From NCBI RefSeq assembly GCF_000026545.1, contig NC_011601.1: 64,000 nucleotides of DNA. One strand, written 5' to 3'. The stretch is from Escherichia coli O127:H6 str. E2348/69. GTDB taxonomy: Bacteria > Pseudomonadota > Gammaproteobacteria > Enterobacterales > Enterobacteriaceae. Below, piece after piece: positions 17,882 through 32,639 of the stretch. Numbering within the stretch: position 1 is the stretch's first letter; each line of letters begins with the position of its first letter. Both the position numbers and the translations under genes were made by a program. The notes under the pieces were generated by a model. That model was not told where the DNA came from. It did not search any database and saw nothing but the letters and a program-made list of their open reading frames with translations.

Positions 17882-19630
17882 TCACCCCTGACGAAGTAAC
17901 GCCATAAACGCTTCATACCCTGTTAACCTGGCAATAGTTTCCGCCGGATGCTGACACAGGACGCTGGCAAGATAGCTGAATATTTTCAACTCGTGACGCG
18001 CATCGGCGGCGGCACAGGCGATCAACACGTGGTTAATGACTTCGTTATTCACCTCGATCGGGTGGGCGAGGGTAATAAAAAATCCACGAAAACGTCGCTC
18101 CTGCTCGCTCCAGCAATGTGGGATGGCGAGGCGATTAACAATCAGGTTTTCACCTTCGCCTTCGCGGGCGATGATGCGTTGTGCTTCATCGGTGGTAATA
18201 TGGTGTTGCGTCACTAATTGCGCACAAATTTGCCGGGTAATATGTTGCCAGCTTTCACCGCGTACATTCGAATAATGAAAACTTCCGGGGGCAGAGAAAA
18301 AACGCTCCGGTTGCTGGCGAATAAATGCCGTCGCCAGAAAATGTTTTATTTGTTCGATACCGGCAGCCGTAATGATATTTTTTACGGTGATGTAATTATT
18401 TACCGCGTCATCCAGTAAATAATGGCTGTTGTTAATGATCAATAACGGCTCAATTTCTTCGCGAATGGCAACAAGTTCGCTTAAGCTACGGGCAATAATC
18501 ACCCGACAATTTAAAACATCGCGCTCAATGGCGAGCTGATTAATAGTGGCAATCGCGTTCTGATCAGAGAGCAAAATGATCGGCTGGCGTTCGTTTTGAT
18601 GCCGTTCCAGCGCACAGGCAAAATACAAACCGATCAGATCGCTGTCGAAAAGGGGAATATCGAGTTGTTCACGCAGTAGCGTAATAAAGTGCAGACTCAT
18701 ATCAAAGGCCGCAGGCCAGGCGGCTTTCAGGTTATTCATGCTGCTTTGGCGGTGCTCACCAATCCACACCGGCGCGGCAAGGCAACGTAATAAATGCCCG
18801 GTAATATTCTCAACCAGCTGCGTATCAATAATATTCAATGACGCGATGCCCGGCACCCTTTGCAGCAACCCCTGCACATTATCGGCAGAAATTACCTGTG
18901 CTTGCTGATGCTGTTTCTCTATCAAACCTGTCAGGGTTCTTACAGCGTTATCACCAAGAAACATGCCGCTTTGTTCAACGATTTGTTTTATCTCGTCACC
19001 GGGATATTGCGGCCACTCATCGGTCAGTTGATTACGCAGGGCGTAAATAGCCAGTATCAGGCTGGAGAGATAATCACCCTGCATAAGCGGCAAGCGGTGT
19101 TGGTTGTCGCAGGCTGTGGATAAATGCTGAAGGTTGTCTCGTGTTACGCCAGCCAGAGGAATTAAAAACGGATCTTTGCGCAGCAAGTTCGCCAGCAAAA
19201 TAACGCGTTTCTCTTCTGTCTCATCAATGAAATGGCCCAAACCGGGGCGACTGGCCAGGCAGCAAGTGCGCTCATAACGTTGCTTTAATCGTGGCAGACG
19301 CTCTGCGACCCACGTTTCTGGCAAATTAAGCGCCGAGGCGAGCTGCGCACGGGGAGTAAAGGTATTCAGTAATAACAACGCCAGCAGCCGATCGTCGTTA
19401 TCGTGCTTTTGCAGCAACTGAAAAAAGCTGCGGCGCTCGAAGATTTCCAGCTGATAGCCCGCACTACCACTGGCAGAAATGCGGGCTTTGCCGTTAAGGG
19501 TAAAGTTGAGATAGTCAATATCACGCAGTATGGTCCTGCCAGAAACGCCAGTCTGTTGCGCCAGCTCACCAGGCGTGCGCGGCTGTTGCTCCAGCAGATC
19601 GACAATCTTTAACTGGCGTTCGTTTAGCAT
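17882..19630 (-). CDS. frvR: frv operon transcriptional regulator
   Basis: 582 aa, N-terminal HTH, K-12 size and order. Confidence 0.9.
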   Translation of the reverse strand: MLNERQLKIVDLLEQQPRTPGELAQQTGVSGRTILRDIDYLNFTLNGKARISASGSAGYQLEIFERRSFFQLLQKHDNDDRLLALLLLNTFTPRAQLASALNLPETWVAERLPRLKQRYERTCCLASRPGLGHFIDETEEKRVILLANLLRKDPFLIPLAGVTRDNLQHLSTACDNQHRLPLMQGDYLSSLILAIYALRNQLTDEWPQYPGDEIKQIVEQSGMFLGDNAVRTLTGLIEKQHQQAQVISADNVQGLLQRVPGIASLNIIDTQLVENITGHLLRCLAAPVWIGEHRQSSMNNLKAAWPAAFDMSLHFITLLREQLDIPLFDSDLIGLYFACALERHQNERQPIILLSDQNAIATINQLAIERDVLNCRVIIARSLSELVAIREEIEPLLIINNSHYLLDDAVNNYITVKNIITAAGIEQIKHFLATAFIRQQPERFFSAPGSFHYSNVRGESWQHITRQICAQLVTQHHITTDEAQRIIAREGEGENLIVNRLAIPHCWSEQERRFRGFFITLAHPIEVNNEVINHVLIACAAADARHELKIFSYLASVLCQHPAETIARLTGYEAFMALLRQG

Positions 19631-20700
19631 TAATCCACCTGACGGAACTGGCTAAACGCGTTGACTTTCTCCGCAGTTAAGGTCGTCAGAAAATCCCGTA
19701 TCAGCATGAGCAGAGCATCGTAATCGGCTTTTGAAATCATGCCGCTGTTAGCGTGCAGATAACGAGTTGGCAGACACAGCGCAACAACCGGACGCCCGCC
19801 GCCCATTACGTTGTAGCGCCCGCCATCCGTCGCACCGGTTTTCATGGTGGAAAATTGCAGCGGTAAATCATTCTGCGTGGCACAGCTTTTTAACGCCACC
19901 ACCAGCTTCTGGTTGGGGAAGTAGCGTTTATCAAACAGCATCAGCCCCGGCCCCTGGCCCAGTTTTAGCGGGTATTTAATGTTATCAATGCCCGGAACAT
20001 CGCCTGCGACGGCGGTATCCAGCACGATCACAACATCCGGTTTAATGTGTTCCGCCGAGGTTTGCGCCCCGCGCAGGCCAACTTCTTCTTCCACACTGCC
20101 AACGCCATACAGCGTAATTTCGGGATTATTCACCGTCTGCAATAGCTCAGCCATCATTGCGCAGCCGATGCGGTTATCCAACGCCTTGCCGACCACTTTA
20201 TCTTCGCCCCAGCAGGCAAAATTGGCTTCCGGGCTAATAAAATTACCAATTTCCACGCCGCATTTTTCCGCTTCTTCGCGGCTGTTCGCGCCAATATCAA
20301 TGAACATCTCATCAAATGACAGCGGTTGTTGCTTTTGCTTTTCGGTTAACGCATGTGGCGCGACGGAACCAATCACACCAAGGATTTTAAATCCCTTGTG
20401 TGTGCGTATGGTTACCCGGTGGTTGAGCATCGACTGATTCCACCAGCCACCAATGGTGGTGAAACGCAGAAAACCGCTCTCGTCGATGTGGGTGACCATA
20501 AAGCCGACTTCATCCATATGCCCGACAACGGCAACTTTTGGACCTTTATTCCCCTTACGGGCAACAAAGCTGCCCAGACCATCAAAGGTGATCTCATTAA
20601 TGCAAGGTTCCAGCGTGTTTATCAGAATGTCGCGAACTTCCTGTTCATCGCCGCTAACGGCGCTGGCTTCGCACAACTGTTGCAGTAACTCAATGTTCAT
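19630..20700 (-). CDS. frvX: M42-family aminopeptidase/cellulase-like protein
   Basis: 356 aa from MNIELLQQL; the track ORF starts two codons upstream. Confidence 0.9.
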   Translation of the reverse strand: MNIELLQQLCEASAVSGDEQEVRDILINTLEPCINEITFDGLGSFVARKGNKGPKVAVVGHMDEVGFMVTHIDESGFLRFTTIGGWWNQSMLNHRVTIRTHKGFKILGVIGSVAPHALTEKQKQQPLSFDEMFIDIGANSREEAEKCGVEIGNFISPEANFACWGEDKVVGKALDNRIGCAMMAELLQTVNNPEITLYGVGSVEEEVGLRGAQTSAEHIKPDVVIVLDTAVAGDVPGIDNIKYPLKLGQGPGLMLFDKRYFPNQKLVVALKSCATQNDLPLQFSTMKTGATDGGRYNVMGGGRPVVALCLPTRYLHANSGMISKADYDALLMLIRDFLTTLTAEKVNAFSQFRQVD

Positions 20701-22141
20701 GGACAAGCTCCTGTTGTGCGGCTTTCGCTTTGCGGCGTAACCACAATCCTTTCAGGACGATAATGAATGAAATGTTCAGCGCCAGACCAATCGCCAGCAC
20801 CAGATAAAACGAACCTACCGGCGACATCAGGCCGATCAGCGGGTCAAAGATACCTAAACCCGGTGCCAGACGTTTGATTCCGAAAGCGATCACCAGCACG
20901 CCGGTAATGCCGCCCGCCAGCGTATTGGCGGTAATCATCGGCAACGGAGCTGCCAGAGCGTAAGGAATAGCTGGTTCGGTTGCGACTGTGGCACCGACCA
21001 CAATGGCACTACTGGCAGCCTCTTTTTCCTGTTGAGTAAACAGTTTGGGCGCAATGAACGTCGCAAGACCCGACGCGACGGGCGGCATCAGCGCGACAAC
21101 GCCGACGATGGCGTACCAGTCATAAATGTGTTTTTCCAGCAGCGAGAAGCAGAAGAACCAGGCAGTTTTGTTGATGGGGCCGCCCATATCGAACGCCAGC
21201 ATCGCACCAACCAGAAACGCCGCCGCAAACTTCATTGACGGAGGAATAGTATTCAGGAAGTGCAGCAGCCCGCCCATGAGGTCGGACATCACCGGCCCGA
21301 TAACGTAGTAAGTGAGCACGCCAAAAACCAGCAGAGTAACGAACGGGATCAGCATTGAACCGAGCAGCGGTTGTAATGCTTTGCCAAGGCGCACTTTGCG
21401 GAACCAGAAGACGAAGTAGCCAATTGCCAGCCCCAGCACCACCGCACCGAGGAAGCCCGCGCCAGACTGGGTGCCGAGCAACGCTTTGTCGTTCGCCAGA
21501 TAGCAAACCAGAAACGCCGGAGCGAAAGCGGGTTTATCGGCAATCGACGAGGCAATATAAGCGCCCATGATGGGGATCATAAAGGTGAAGCCGAGATAAC
21601 CGATGGATTCAACCACCCAGGTAAACGACGGCGCGCCTTTCGACATATCGGTATACGGCAAACCGAACTGCACCAGCATGTTGGCAAGCGCCACCAGAAT
21701 ACCGCCGCCGATGACAAACGGCAGTGCCGCAGAGACGCCCGCCATCAGGTGGCTCATCACGCTGCCGCTTTGTACTTCCTGTTTGCCGAGCTTTACGCCG
21801 CTATCTGCGGCAAAAAGCTGCGAGTTTGTCGGTAATTCACTGAAAATCTGGTCGATATTTTTCAACGCCTGGGAGATGGCAATCTCATAAACCTTCTTCC
21901 CGGCAAACCGCGCGCGATCGTCGCCGCTCAGACCACGCCCGGTGGCGAGAATCACGTAATCGGCAGCGGCAATCTCTTCGCTGGATAAGCGGTTTTCAAC
22001 GCCGCTTGATCCTTGAGTTTCCACTTTAATGGTATAGCCGAGAGAACGGGCTTTCTGTTCCAGGGCTTCCGCCACCATGTAGGTGTGAGCGATCCCGGCA
22101 GGGCAGTTGGTGATCGCGACAATACGTAAGGATGACTCCAT
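20690..22141 (-). CDS. frvB: PTS fructose-like EIIBC component
   Basis: 483 aa, N-terminal IIB Cys motif (NCPAGIAHTYM), polytopic C-terminus. Confidence 0.9.
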   Translation of the reverse strand: MESSLRIVAITNCPAGIAHTYMVAEALEQKARSLGYTIKVETQGSSGVENRLSSEEIAAADYVILATGRGLSGDDRARFAGKKVYEIAISQALKNIDQIFSELPTNSQLFAADSGVKLGKQEVQSGSVMSHLMAGVSAALPFVIGGGILVALANMLVQFGLPYTDMSKGAPSFTWVVESIGYLGFTFMIPIMGAYIASSIADKPAFAPAFLVCYLANDKALLGTQSGAGFLGAVVLGLAIGYFVFWFRKVRLGKALQPLLGSMLIPFVTLLVFGVLTYYVIGPVMSDLMGGLLHFLNTIPPSMKFAAAFLVGAMLAFDMGGPINKTAWFFCFSLLEKHIYDWYAIVGVVALMPPVASGLATFIAPKLFTQQEKEAASSAIVVGATVATEPAIPYALAAPLPMITANTLAGGITGVLVIAFGIKRLAPGLGIFDPLIGLMSPVGSFYLVLAIGLALNISFIIVLKGLWLRRKAKAAQQELVHEH

Positions 22142-22151
22142 CGCTACGTCC

Positions 22152-22598
22152 TTATGAGCTGAGGGTTTGATTTAACAAAGCAAGCACCTGGTCGGCGTCG
22201 CCCTGTCGCAGTTGGTTGATAAAATCCTGGTGGATAATTTTGCGACATAGTGTGCCGATGAGTTTGACCTGATCCTCTTCGCCGCTTTGCGGTACGCCGA
22301 GGCAGATCCAGCAATTGACGTCTTCGCCATCGCTGGCTTGCCAGTCAATGGCTTGTGTTTTACGTGCGAACAGCACGAACGGTTGTTTAACGCAGGCGCT
22401 TTTACCGTGCGGTACGGCGATGCCGGAACCAAAACCGGTGGAGTGCATTTTTTCGCGCAGTAGTAACGTTTGCAGGAATTGGTGTGAGTCGGTGATAAAA
22501 CCGTTTTGTAACGCTATTGTCGCCAGTTGCTTCAGAATGGAATAAGCGCCGTTGCCCTGAATATTCAGGTCAATACAGCTTGCAGTAAGTGCTGCCAT
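22152..22598 (-). CDS. frvA: PTS fructose-like EIIA component
   Basis: 148 aa, PTS IIA fold signature with conserved His. Confidence 0.9.
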   Translation of the reverse strand: MAALTASCIDLNIQGNGAYSILKQLATIALQNGFITDSHQFLQTLLLREKMHSTGFGSGIAVPHGKSACVKQPFVLFARKTQAIDWQASDGEDVNCWICLGVPQSGEEDQVKLIGTLCRKIIHQDFINQLRQGDADQVLALLNQTLSS

Positions 22599-23073
22599 TA
22601 TCAGACTCCATGAAAAATATTTCAGTTAATTGTAATCGCGGGGCGGGTTTGTGATGAGCGCGGATATGTCACGAAGTCGCGACAATATAAAGCAGAGTGA
22701 AAGGTAAAATTTGCGGTACCAGACACATATCAGTAGATAAAATAAACTTTGTGAATAAAGTATTATTATTTAATGATTTTGTGAATGTTTAAATGCCCAG
22801 GATATCTTGCCATAACGTTATTTATATTTGTGGCTTATGAGTCAGCGTGAATTATATCTAATATTTTTTACGATATTTAGTTAAAAACGGCACTATTGTT
22901 ATATTCCTCACATTCCAGGAAATCAGCGGATTTACTCATATTATGCAGCGGGATACTATCCATCGGCCTGCTGAAGTTGGATTAAAAATTCGAAAGTGCA
23001 CACCTTATATTTCTCTATATACGTATTCCTTTTGGAAAGCGTAGGGTCTCCTTTATTTCAGGGAACGTAAATA

Positions 23074-24468
23074 ATGAAAAAATCGACATTATCTTTAGCC
23101 ATCGGTTTATTATTGGCATGTAGTACCGGTATGGCAAAAACACAGCATTTAACGCTGGAACAACGCATGGCATTGCTGGAAGAACGCCTGGAAGCGGCAG
23201 AAATGCGGGCAGCAAAAGCAGAGGGGCAGGTTAAACAGCTTCAGACACAACAAGCCGCCGAGATCCGCGAAATTAAGATCGCACAGGGCAACACGCCGGT
23301 AAACGGTCAATCAACGACGGAGTCAGAGAAGAAAAACGCCACCCCGCCTAATCTCCTGCTTTCAGGGTATGGCGATTTAAAAATCTACGGTGACGTAGAA
23401 TTTAATATGGATGCGGAAAGTAATCATGGCCTGCTGGCAATGACCAACGCTGATGTGAATAGCGATCCCACTAATGAACAGTGGAATCTCAATGGTCGTA
23501 TTCTGTTAGGTTTTGATGGTATGCGAAAACTGGATAATGGCTATTTCGCTGGGTTCTCCGTACAACCGCTGGGGGATATGCACGGTTCAGTAAATATCGA
23601 TGATGCGGTTTTCTTCTTTGGCAAAGAAAACGACTGGAAGGTCAAAGTAGGCCGTTTTGAAGCCTACGATATGTTCCCGCTGAATCAGGATACCTTTGTT
23701 GAACATTCCGGTAATACTGCGAACGATCTTTATGACGATGGCAGCGGTTATATCTATATGATGAAAGAGGGCCGCGGGCGTTCTAACGCTGGCGGTAATT
23801 TCCTCGTCAGCAAACAACTCGATAACTGGTATTTTGAATTAAACACGTTACTTGAAGACGGAACATCTTTATATAATGACGGTAATTATCATGGACGCGA
23901 TATGGAGCAGCAGAAAAATGTTGCTTATCTGCGTCCGGTAATTGCCTGGTCGCCGACGGAAGAATTCACCGTTTCCGCAGCGATGGAAGCGAACGTAGTA
24001 AATAATGCTTATGGTTATACCGATAGCAAGGGTAATTTTGTCGATCAGTCCGATCGTACCGGCTATGGTATGAGCATGACCTGGAATGGCCTGAAAACGG
24101 ATCCGGAAAATGGCGTCGTGGTTAATCTTAATACCGCCTATTTAGATGCTAATAATGAGAAAGATTTCACTGCCGGGATTAACGCGCTGTGGAAACGTTT
24201 CGAGCTGGGTTATATCTACGCACATAATAAGATTGATGAATTTAGTGGCGTGGTTTGTGATAACGATTGCTGGATTGATGATGAAGGAACATACAACATT
24301 CACACCATTCATGCGTCTTATCAGTTCGCTAATGTGATGGATATGGAGAACTTTAATATTTACCTCGGCACGTATTACTCCATTCTGGATAGCGACGGCG
24401 ATAAGATACACGGCGACGATAGTGATGACCGTTACGGCGCACGCGTTCGCTTTAAATACTTCTTCTGA
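23074..24468 (+). CDS. putative outer-membrane beta-barrel porin with N-terminal coiled-coil (carbohydrate-porin-like)
   Basis: 464 aa; signal peptide MKKSTLSLAIGLLLACSTGMA; heptad-like LTLEQRMALLEERLEAAEMRAAKAEGQVKQLQ; alternating aromatic/polar strands; C-terminal ...RFKYFF; AGGGA SD upstream; absent from K-12 order as I recall it. Confidence 0.6.
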   Translation: MKKSTLSLAIGLLLACSTGMAKTQHLTLEQRMALLEERLEAAEMRAAKAEGQVKQLQTQQAAEIREIKIAQGNTPVNGQSTTESEKKNATPPNLLLSGYGDLKIYGDVEFNMDAESNHGLLAMTNADVNSDPTNEQWNLNGRILLGFDGMRKLDNGYFAGFSVQPLGDMHGSVNIDDAVFFFGKENDWKVKVGRFEAYDMFPLNQDTFVEHSGNTANDLYDDGSGYIYMMKEGRGRSNAGGNFLVSKQLDNWYFELNTLLEDGTSLYNDGNYHGRDMEQQKNVAYLRPVIAWSPTEEFTVSAAMEANVVNNAYGYTDSKGNFVDQSDRTGYGMSMTWNGLKTDPENGVVVNLNTAYLDANNEKDFTAGINALWKRFELGYIYAHNKIDEFSGVVCDNDCWIDDEGTYNIHTIHASYQFANVMDMENFNIYLGTYYSILDSDGDKIHGDDSDDRYGARVRFKYFF

Positions 24469-24508
24469 TGAAAGGGCGGTGCTGGATATTATCCGGCACC
24501 GCAACTCA

Positions 24509-24823
24509 TTAAGGCAGGTAAAACACTTCTTGCAGTTCGCTACTGACTGGGCTGTTATCCGCATTAGCGGGCATAACGTCGATCATATATTTCCACCAAC
24601 GTTGGCAAACATCTGTACTGGCAACCGCATTCCACCGCTCTTCAGATTCAATCTCTATCGTGGCAAATAGCAGATTACGCGCTTTGTCGAGATAGATGGC
24701 GTAGTTATGCGCACCGTGAGATTTCAGCACTGCTTCCAGTTCCGGCCAGATGGGATTATGCCGACGCTGATACTCTTCGTGGGCGTCGGGGTTTACCTGC
24801 ATGACAAAGGCTTTGCGGATCAT
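24509..24823 (-). CDS. rhaM: L-rhamnose mutarotase
   Basis: 104 aa, [22 protein letters not shown]. Confidence 0.93.
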   Translation of the reverse strand: MIRKAFVMQVNPDAHEEYQRRHNPIWPELEAVLKSHGAHNYAIYLDKARNLLFATIEIESEERWNAVASTDVCQRWWKYMIDVMPANADNSPVSSELQEVFYLP

Positions 24824-24832
24824 GTTTGCTCC

Positions 24833-25657
24833 TTACAGCGCCAGCGCACTGGCGAGTGGTGTAACGCCGAAACGCTGGCCGAGCGCTATCAACTCTTCAC
24901 GACTGATGGTCTGTTTCATGCCGCCCATCGAATAAACCTTCACTAATACTTGTGCTGATTTTTCTGCGGTGTCGATTAAACCGAATGTTTCATCCAGTGT
25001 CGGACCGCTGCCGAAGACGCCGTGGAAGGGCCACAACACCAGCGAATGTTTTTGCATTTCCTGTGCGGTCGCCTGGCCGATTTCGTCCGTGCCGGGCACC
25101 ATCCACGGCAGAATTCCAACGCCATCCGGGAACACTACCAGACACTCGGTGCTGCCTTCCCAAAGCTGGCGAGTGAAGACCGCGGTGTCGTTTTCCAGTA
25201 CGTAGGTAAGGGCGATCAGGTTGGTGGCATGGCAGTGCATGATCACCCGATCTTTACCGTTGGTGGCTTTAATGCGCTCGCAATGAGAGAGAAAGTGAGC
25301 CGGAAGTTCGGATGTCGGGACGGCTTCGTTGGTTAACCCCCAGAGAATATGGTAGCCCGCGCCGTCGCTGTCGACTTTTACGACGCCTAAGTTAGCCGCA
25401 GGATCAAGCTGGACGTTACGGAAGAATTTGCCGGAGCCGGTGACAATAAACGGTGTATTTGCCAGTAAAGGCATGGGCTGGCTGAGCGGGATATAGCGCG
25501 GTTGTGCATGAAAGTTGCCGTGATAAGGCGCGATATCGGCGTCATCCAGGCGCAGCGTCAGGTTACCACCATTGCGCTCGTCCCAGCCTTTCAGCCAGGC
25601 ATCGGTGGTGGCTTTGATCATTCCCTGGACAAACCAGGACTGGGTTATGTTTTGCAT
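24833..25657 (-). CDS. rhaD: rhamnulose-1-phosphate aldolase
   Basis: 274 aa. Confidence 0.93.
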   Translation of the reverse strand: MQNITQSWFVQGMIKATTDAWLKGWDERNGGNLTLRLDDADIAPYHGNFHAQPRYIPLSQPMPLLANTPFIVTGSGKFFRNVQLDPAANLGVVKVDSDGAGYHILWGLTNEAVPTSELPAHFLSHCERIKATNGKDRVIMHCHATNLIALTYVLENDTAVFTRQLWEGSTECLVVFPDGVGILPWMVPGTDEIGQATAQEMQKHSLVLWPFHGVFGSGPTLDETFGLIDTAEKSAQVLVKVYSMGGMKQTISREELIALGQRFGVTPLASALAL

Positions 25658-25699
25658 GTTCTGTGTTCCTGTTAATTGGACGTCCGTGCCTGTTGCCGG

Positions 25700-25845
25700 A
25701 TGTACGATCTGTAGGCCGGATAAGGCACTCGTGCCGCATCCGGCATTTGAGCAGGATGCCTGATGCGACGCTGTCGCGTCTTATCAGGCCTACAACTATT
25801 GCCGACCCGTAGGCCGGATAAGGCACTTGTGCCGCATCCGGCAGT
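25700..25845. repeat. BIME: three REP palindromic units between rhaA and rhaD
   Basis: GTAGGCCGGATAAGGC...GCCGCATCCGGCA twice and GCCTGATGCGACGCTGTCGCGTCTTATCAGGCCTAC once. Confidence 0.85.
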
Positions 25846-25847
25846 GT

Positions 25848-28860
<3,013 letters not shown>

Positions 28861-29697
28861 ATGACCGTATTACATAGTGTGGATTTTTTTCCGTCTGGTA
28901 ACGCGTCCGTGGCGATAGAACCCCGGCTCCCGCAGGCGGATTTTCCTGAACATCATCATGATTTTCATGAAATTGTGATTGTCGAACATGGCACGGGTAT
29001 TCATGTATTTAATGGGCAGCCCTATACCATCACCGGTGGGACGGTCTGTTTCGTACGCGATCATGATCGGCATCTGTATGAACATACCGATAATCTGTGT
29101 CTGACCAATGTGCTGTATCGCTCGCCGGATCGATTTCAGTTTCTCGCCGGGCTGAATCAGTTGCTGCCACAAGAGCAGGATGGGCAGTATCCGTCTCACT
29201 GGCGCGTTAACCACAGCGTATTGCAGCAGGTGCGACAGCTGGTTGCACAGATGGAACAGCAGGAAGGGGAAAATGATTTACCCTCGACCGCCAGTCGCGA
29301 GATCTTATTTATGCAATTATTGCTCTTGCTGCGTAAAAGCAGTTTGCAGGAGAACCTGGAAAACAGCGCATCACGTCTCAACTTGCTTCTGGCCTGGCTG
29401 GAGGACCATTTTGCCGATGAGGTGAATTGGGACGCTGTGGCGGATCAATTTTCTCTTTCATTGCGTACGCTGCATCGCCAGCTTAAGCAGCAAACGGGGC
29501 TGACGCCTCAGCGTTACCTGAACCGCCTGCGACTGATGAAAGCCCGACATCTGCTACGCCACAGCGAGGCCAGCGTTACTGACATCGCCTATCGCTGCGG
29601 ATTCAGCGACAGTAACCACTTTTCGACGCTTTTTCGCCGAGAGTTTAACTGGTCACCGCGTGATATTCGTCAGGGACGGGATGGTTTTCTGCAATAA
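28861..29697 (+). CDS. rhaS: AraC-family activator RhaS
   Basis: 278 aa, cupin N-domain plus C-terminal AraC HTH. Confidence 0.93.
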   Translation: MTVLHSVDFFPSGNASVAIEPRLPQADFPEHHHDFHEIVIVEHGTGIHVFNGQPYTITGGTVCFVRDHDRHLYEHTDNLCLTNVLYRSPDRFQFLAGLNQLLPQEQDGQYPSHWRVNHSVLQQVRQLVAQMEQQEGENDLPSTASREILFMQLLLLLRKSSLQENLENSASRLNLLLAWLEDHFADEVNWDAVADQFSLSLRTLHRQLKQQTGLTPQRYLNRLRLMKARHLLRHSEASVTDIAYRCGFSDSNHFSTLFRREFNWSPRDIRQGRDGFLQ

Positions 29698-29770
29698 CGC
29701 GAATCTCCTCAACGTATTTGTACGCCATATTGCGAATAATCAACTTCGTTCTCTGGCCGAGGTAGCCACG

Positions 29771-30619
29771 GTGGCGCATCAGTTAAAACTTCTCAAAGAT
29801 GATTTTTTTGCCAGCGACCAGCAGGCAGTCGCTGTGGCTGACCGTTATCCGCAAGATGTCTTTGCCGAACATACACATGATTTTTGTGAGCTGGTGATTG
29901 TCTGGCGCGGTAATGGTCTGCATGTACTCAACGATCGCCCTTATCGCATTACCCGTGGCGATCTCTTTTATATTCATGCTAACGATAAACACTCCTACGC
30001 TTCCGTTAACGATCTGGTTTTGCAGAATATTATTTATTGCCCGGAGCGGCTGAAGCTGAATCTTGACTGGCAGGGAGCGATTCCGGGATTTAGCGCCAGC
30101 GCAGGGCAACCACACTGGCGCTTAGGTAGCGTGGGGATGGCGCAGGCGCGGCAGGTTATCGGTCAGCTTGAGCATGAAAGTAGTCAGCATGTGTCGTTTG
30201 CTAACGAAATGGCTGAGTTGCTATTCGGGCAGTTGGTGATGTTGCTGAATCGCCATCGTTACACCAGTGATTCGTTGCCGCCAACATCCAGCGAAACGTT
30301 GCTGGATAAGCTGATTACCCGGCTGGCGGCTAGCCTGAAAAGTCCCTTTGCGCTGGATAAATTTTGTGATGAGGCATCGTGCAGTGAGCGCGTTTTGCGT
30401 CAGCAATTTCGTCAGCAGACTGGAATGACCATCAATCAATATCTGCGACAGGTCAGAGTGTGTCATGCGCAATATCTCCTCCAGCATAGCCGCCTGTTAA
30501 TCAGTGATATTTCGACCGAATGTGGCTTTGAAGATAGTAACTATTTTTCGGTGGTGTTTACCCGGGAAACCGGGATGACGCCCAGCCAGTGGCGTCATCT
30601 CAATTCGCAGAAAGATTAA
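29771..30619 (+). CDS. rhaR: AraC-family activator RhaR
   Basis: 282 aa from the GTG at 29771 ([13 protein letters not shown]); the track ORF extends upstream to 29660 and overlaps rhaS. Confidence 0.85.
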
Positions 30620-31650
30620 TTCGCCATGCCGATGCCGACGATGTTAGCGGCGACAATAATCACCACACAACCGAGGCTCAACACCGTTACCGGACGGCGT
30701 CCTGCATTGTTCCACTCTTTCAGCACCAGCCCGACGATACCGCCGCACAATACATAGAAGCTCATATGCAGCATCCAGCTGATGTAGTCATACTGCGCCG
30801 GAATGCGGGCGTGGCCCCAGGCATAGAAAAAGAATTGCAGATACCACATCAACCCGCCCAGTGCTGAGAGTAACACATTGTGAATGATCAGCGGTTTTGC
30901 CAGCGAGAAGTCGGCTTTTAGCGACAAATCTTTCACTTTTGCCAGACGAATGAAGCAGAAGCCGAGGTTGATGATTGCGCCGCCGCCCATGATGACAACA
31001 TAGCTTGGCAGAGCGACATACAGGGGATCGACGCCCAGCGCGGCAGCGGCTTCATGCATCGGTTTTGCGGCGTTCATCGCAAAGGACATCCCGGCAGAGA
31101 AAATGCCGCACATCACCGCCAGCACCAGCCCTTTTTTCAGATTGAACTCTTCGGCTTTAATGCCCATCTTGCGCTCTTTCAACTGCCCGGCGCGAGTTAC
31201 AATCCCTACGCCAATCAGCGCCACCAGAACGCCGAGCAACGTCATGCGTCCGCCTTCGGTATTAATCAGCACATCGAAATTGCCGTTGATAATTGGCGTC
31301 ATCAGCGTACCGACAATCAACGTAATGCCAATGGCGATGCCAATTCCCATCGACATGCCGAGATAACGCATGGTCAGGCCGTAGTTGATATTACCGATCC
31401 CCCACATAGCGCCGAACAGAAAAACAGGCAGCAGCGTAGAGAGACTAAACGAGCTGTAATACGCCCAGAAATTCGGTAGTAACAGGGCGCTGATGGCCCA
31501 CGGCAGGATAATCCACGAAACAATCCCACCGACTGACCACATGGTTTCCCATGACCATTTTTTTACTTTTTTGAACGGAGCGTAAAAACAGGCTGCACTG
31601 GCCGCGCCGATCAAATGCCAAAATATCCCCATCGTAATCGCGTTACTCAT
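30616..31650 (-). CDS. rhaT: L-rhamnose-proton symporter
   Basis: 344 aa from [13 protein letters not shown]; ten or more TM segments. Confidence 0.9.
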
Positions 31651-31842
31651 CTTCTTATCCTCATCATTTTTTCGTCGCGTCACATCTCCGACGAGATGAG
31701 TGTAAAAATTGAGCTGTCGATTAACCTTTCGCCTGTTGCCGCCGCTGCCGATTTACTGGCAATCACGGCATTAAGTGGGTGATTTGCTTCACATCTTGGG
31801 CATTTTCCTGCAAAACCATACCCTTATGAAAAGTACGGCATT

Positions 31843-31864
31843 GATAATCATTTTCAATATCATT
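31843..31864 (+). promoter_or_regulatory. Fur-box-like sequence in the sodA promoter
   Basis: GATAATCATTTTCAATATCATT resembles the GATAATGATAATCATTATC consensus; TATAAT at 31873-31878. Confidence 0.55.
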
Positions 31865-31935
31865 TAATTAACTATAATGAACCAACTGCTTACGCGGCAT
31901 TAACAATCGGCCGCCCGACAACACTGGAGATGAAT

Positions 31936-32556
31936 ATGAGTTATACCCTGCCATCCCTGCCGTATGCTTACGATGCCCTGGAACCGCACTTCGATAAGCA
32001 GACCATGGAAATCCACCACACCAAACACCATCAGACTTACGTCAACAACGCCAACGCGGCGCTGGAAAGCCTGCCAGAATTTGCCAACCTGCCGGTTGAA
32101 GAGCTGATCACCAAACTGGACCAGCTGCCAGCAGACAAGAAAACCGTACTGCGCAACAACGCTGGCGGTCACGCTAACCACAGCCTGTTCTGGAAAGGTC
32201 TGAAAAAAGGCACCACCCTGCAGGGTGACCTGAAAGCGGCTATCGAACGTGACTTCGGCTCCGTTGATAACTTCAAAGCAGAATTTGAGAAAGCGGCAGC
32301 TTCCCGCTTTGGTTCCGGCTGGGCATGGCTGGTGCAAAAAGGCGATAAACTGGCGGTGGTTTCTACTGCTAACCAGGACTCTCCGCTGATGGGCGAAGCC
32401 ATTTCTGGCGCTTCCGGCTTCCCGATTCTGGGCCTGGATGTGTGGGAACATGCTTACTATCTGAAATTCCAGAACCGCCGTCCGGACTACATTAAAGAGT
32501 TCTGGAACGTGGTGAACTGGGACGAAGCAGCGGCACGTTTCGCGGCGAAAAAATAA
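31936..32556 (+). CDS. sodA: Mn superoxide dismutase
   Basis: 206 aa from [20 protein letters not shown]; GGAGA SD. Confidence 0.95.
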   Translation: MSYTLPSLPYAYDALEPHFDKQTMEIHHTKHHQTYVNNANAALESLPEFANLPVEELITKLDQLPADKKTVLRNNAGGHANHSLFWKGLKKGTTLQGDLKAAIERDFGSVDNFKAEFEKAAASRFGSGWAWLVQKGDKLAVVSTANQDSPLMGEAISGASGFPILGLDVWEHAYYLKFQNRRPDYIKEFWNVVNWDEAAARFAAKK

Positions 32557-32568
32557 TCATTTGCCGCC

Positions 32569-32639
32569 TGCTGCAATGAGGCGTTTACGCCGCATTGCAG
32601 CTTAAAAAATGAACCATCGCCAACGGCGGTGGTTTTTTT
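32569..32639 (+). terminator. sodA terminator region (two hairpins, the second followed by a T-run)
   Basis: CTGCAATG...CATTGCAG stem; CCATCGCC...GGCGGTGG followed by TTTTTTT. Confidence 0.6.

Noticed and set aside
22599-23073. AT-rich 470-bp stretch as a possible small gene or sRNA
   Set aside because: No ORF of at least 60 aa and no terminator-bounded unit recognisable; more parsimoniously the promoter/leader regions of the divergent frvA operon and the porin gene.
31900-32451. 183-aa minus-strand ORF over sodA
   Set aside because: Antisense shadow ORF; sodA is unambiguous.
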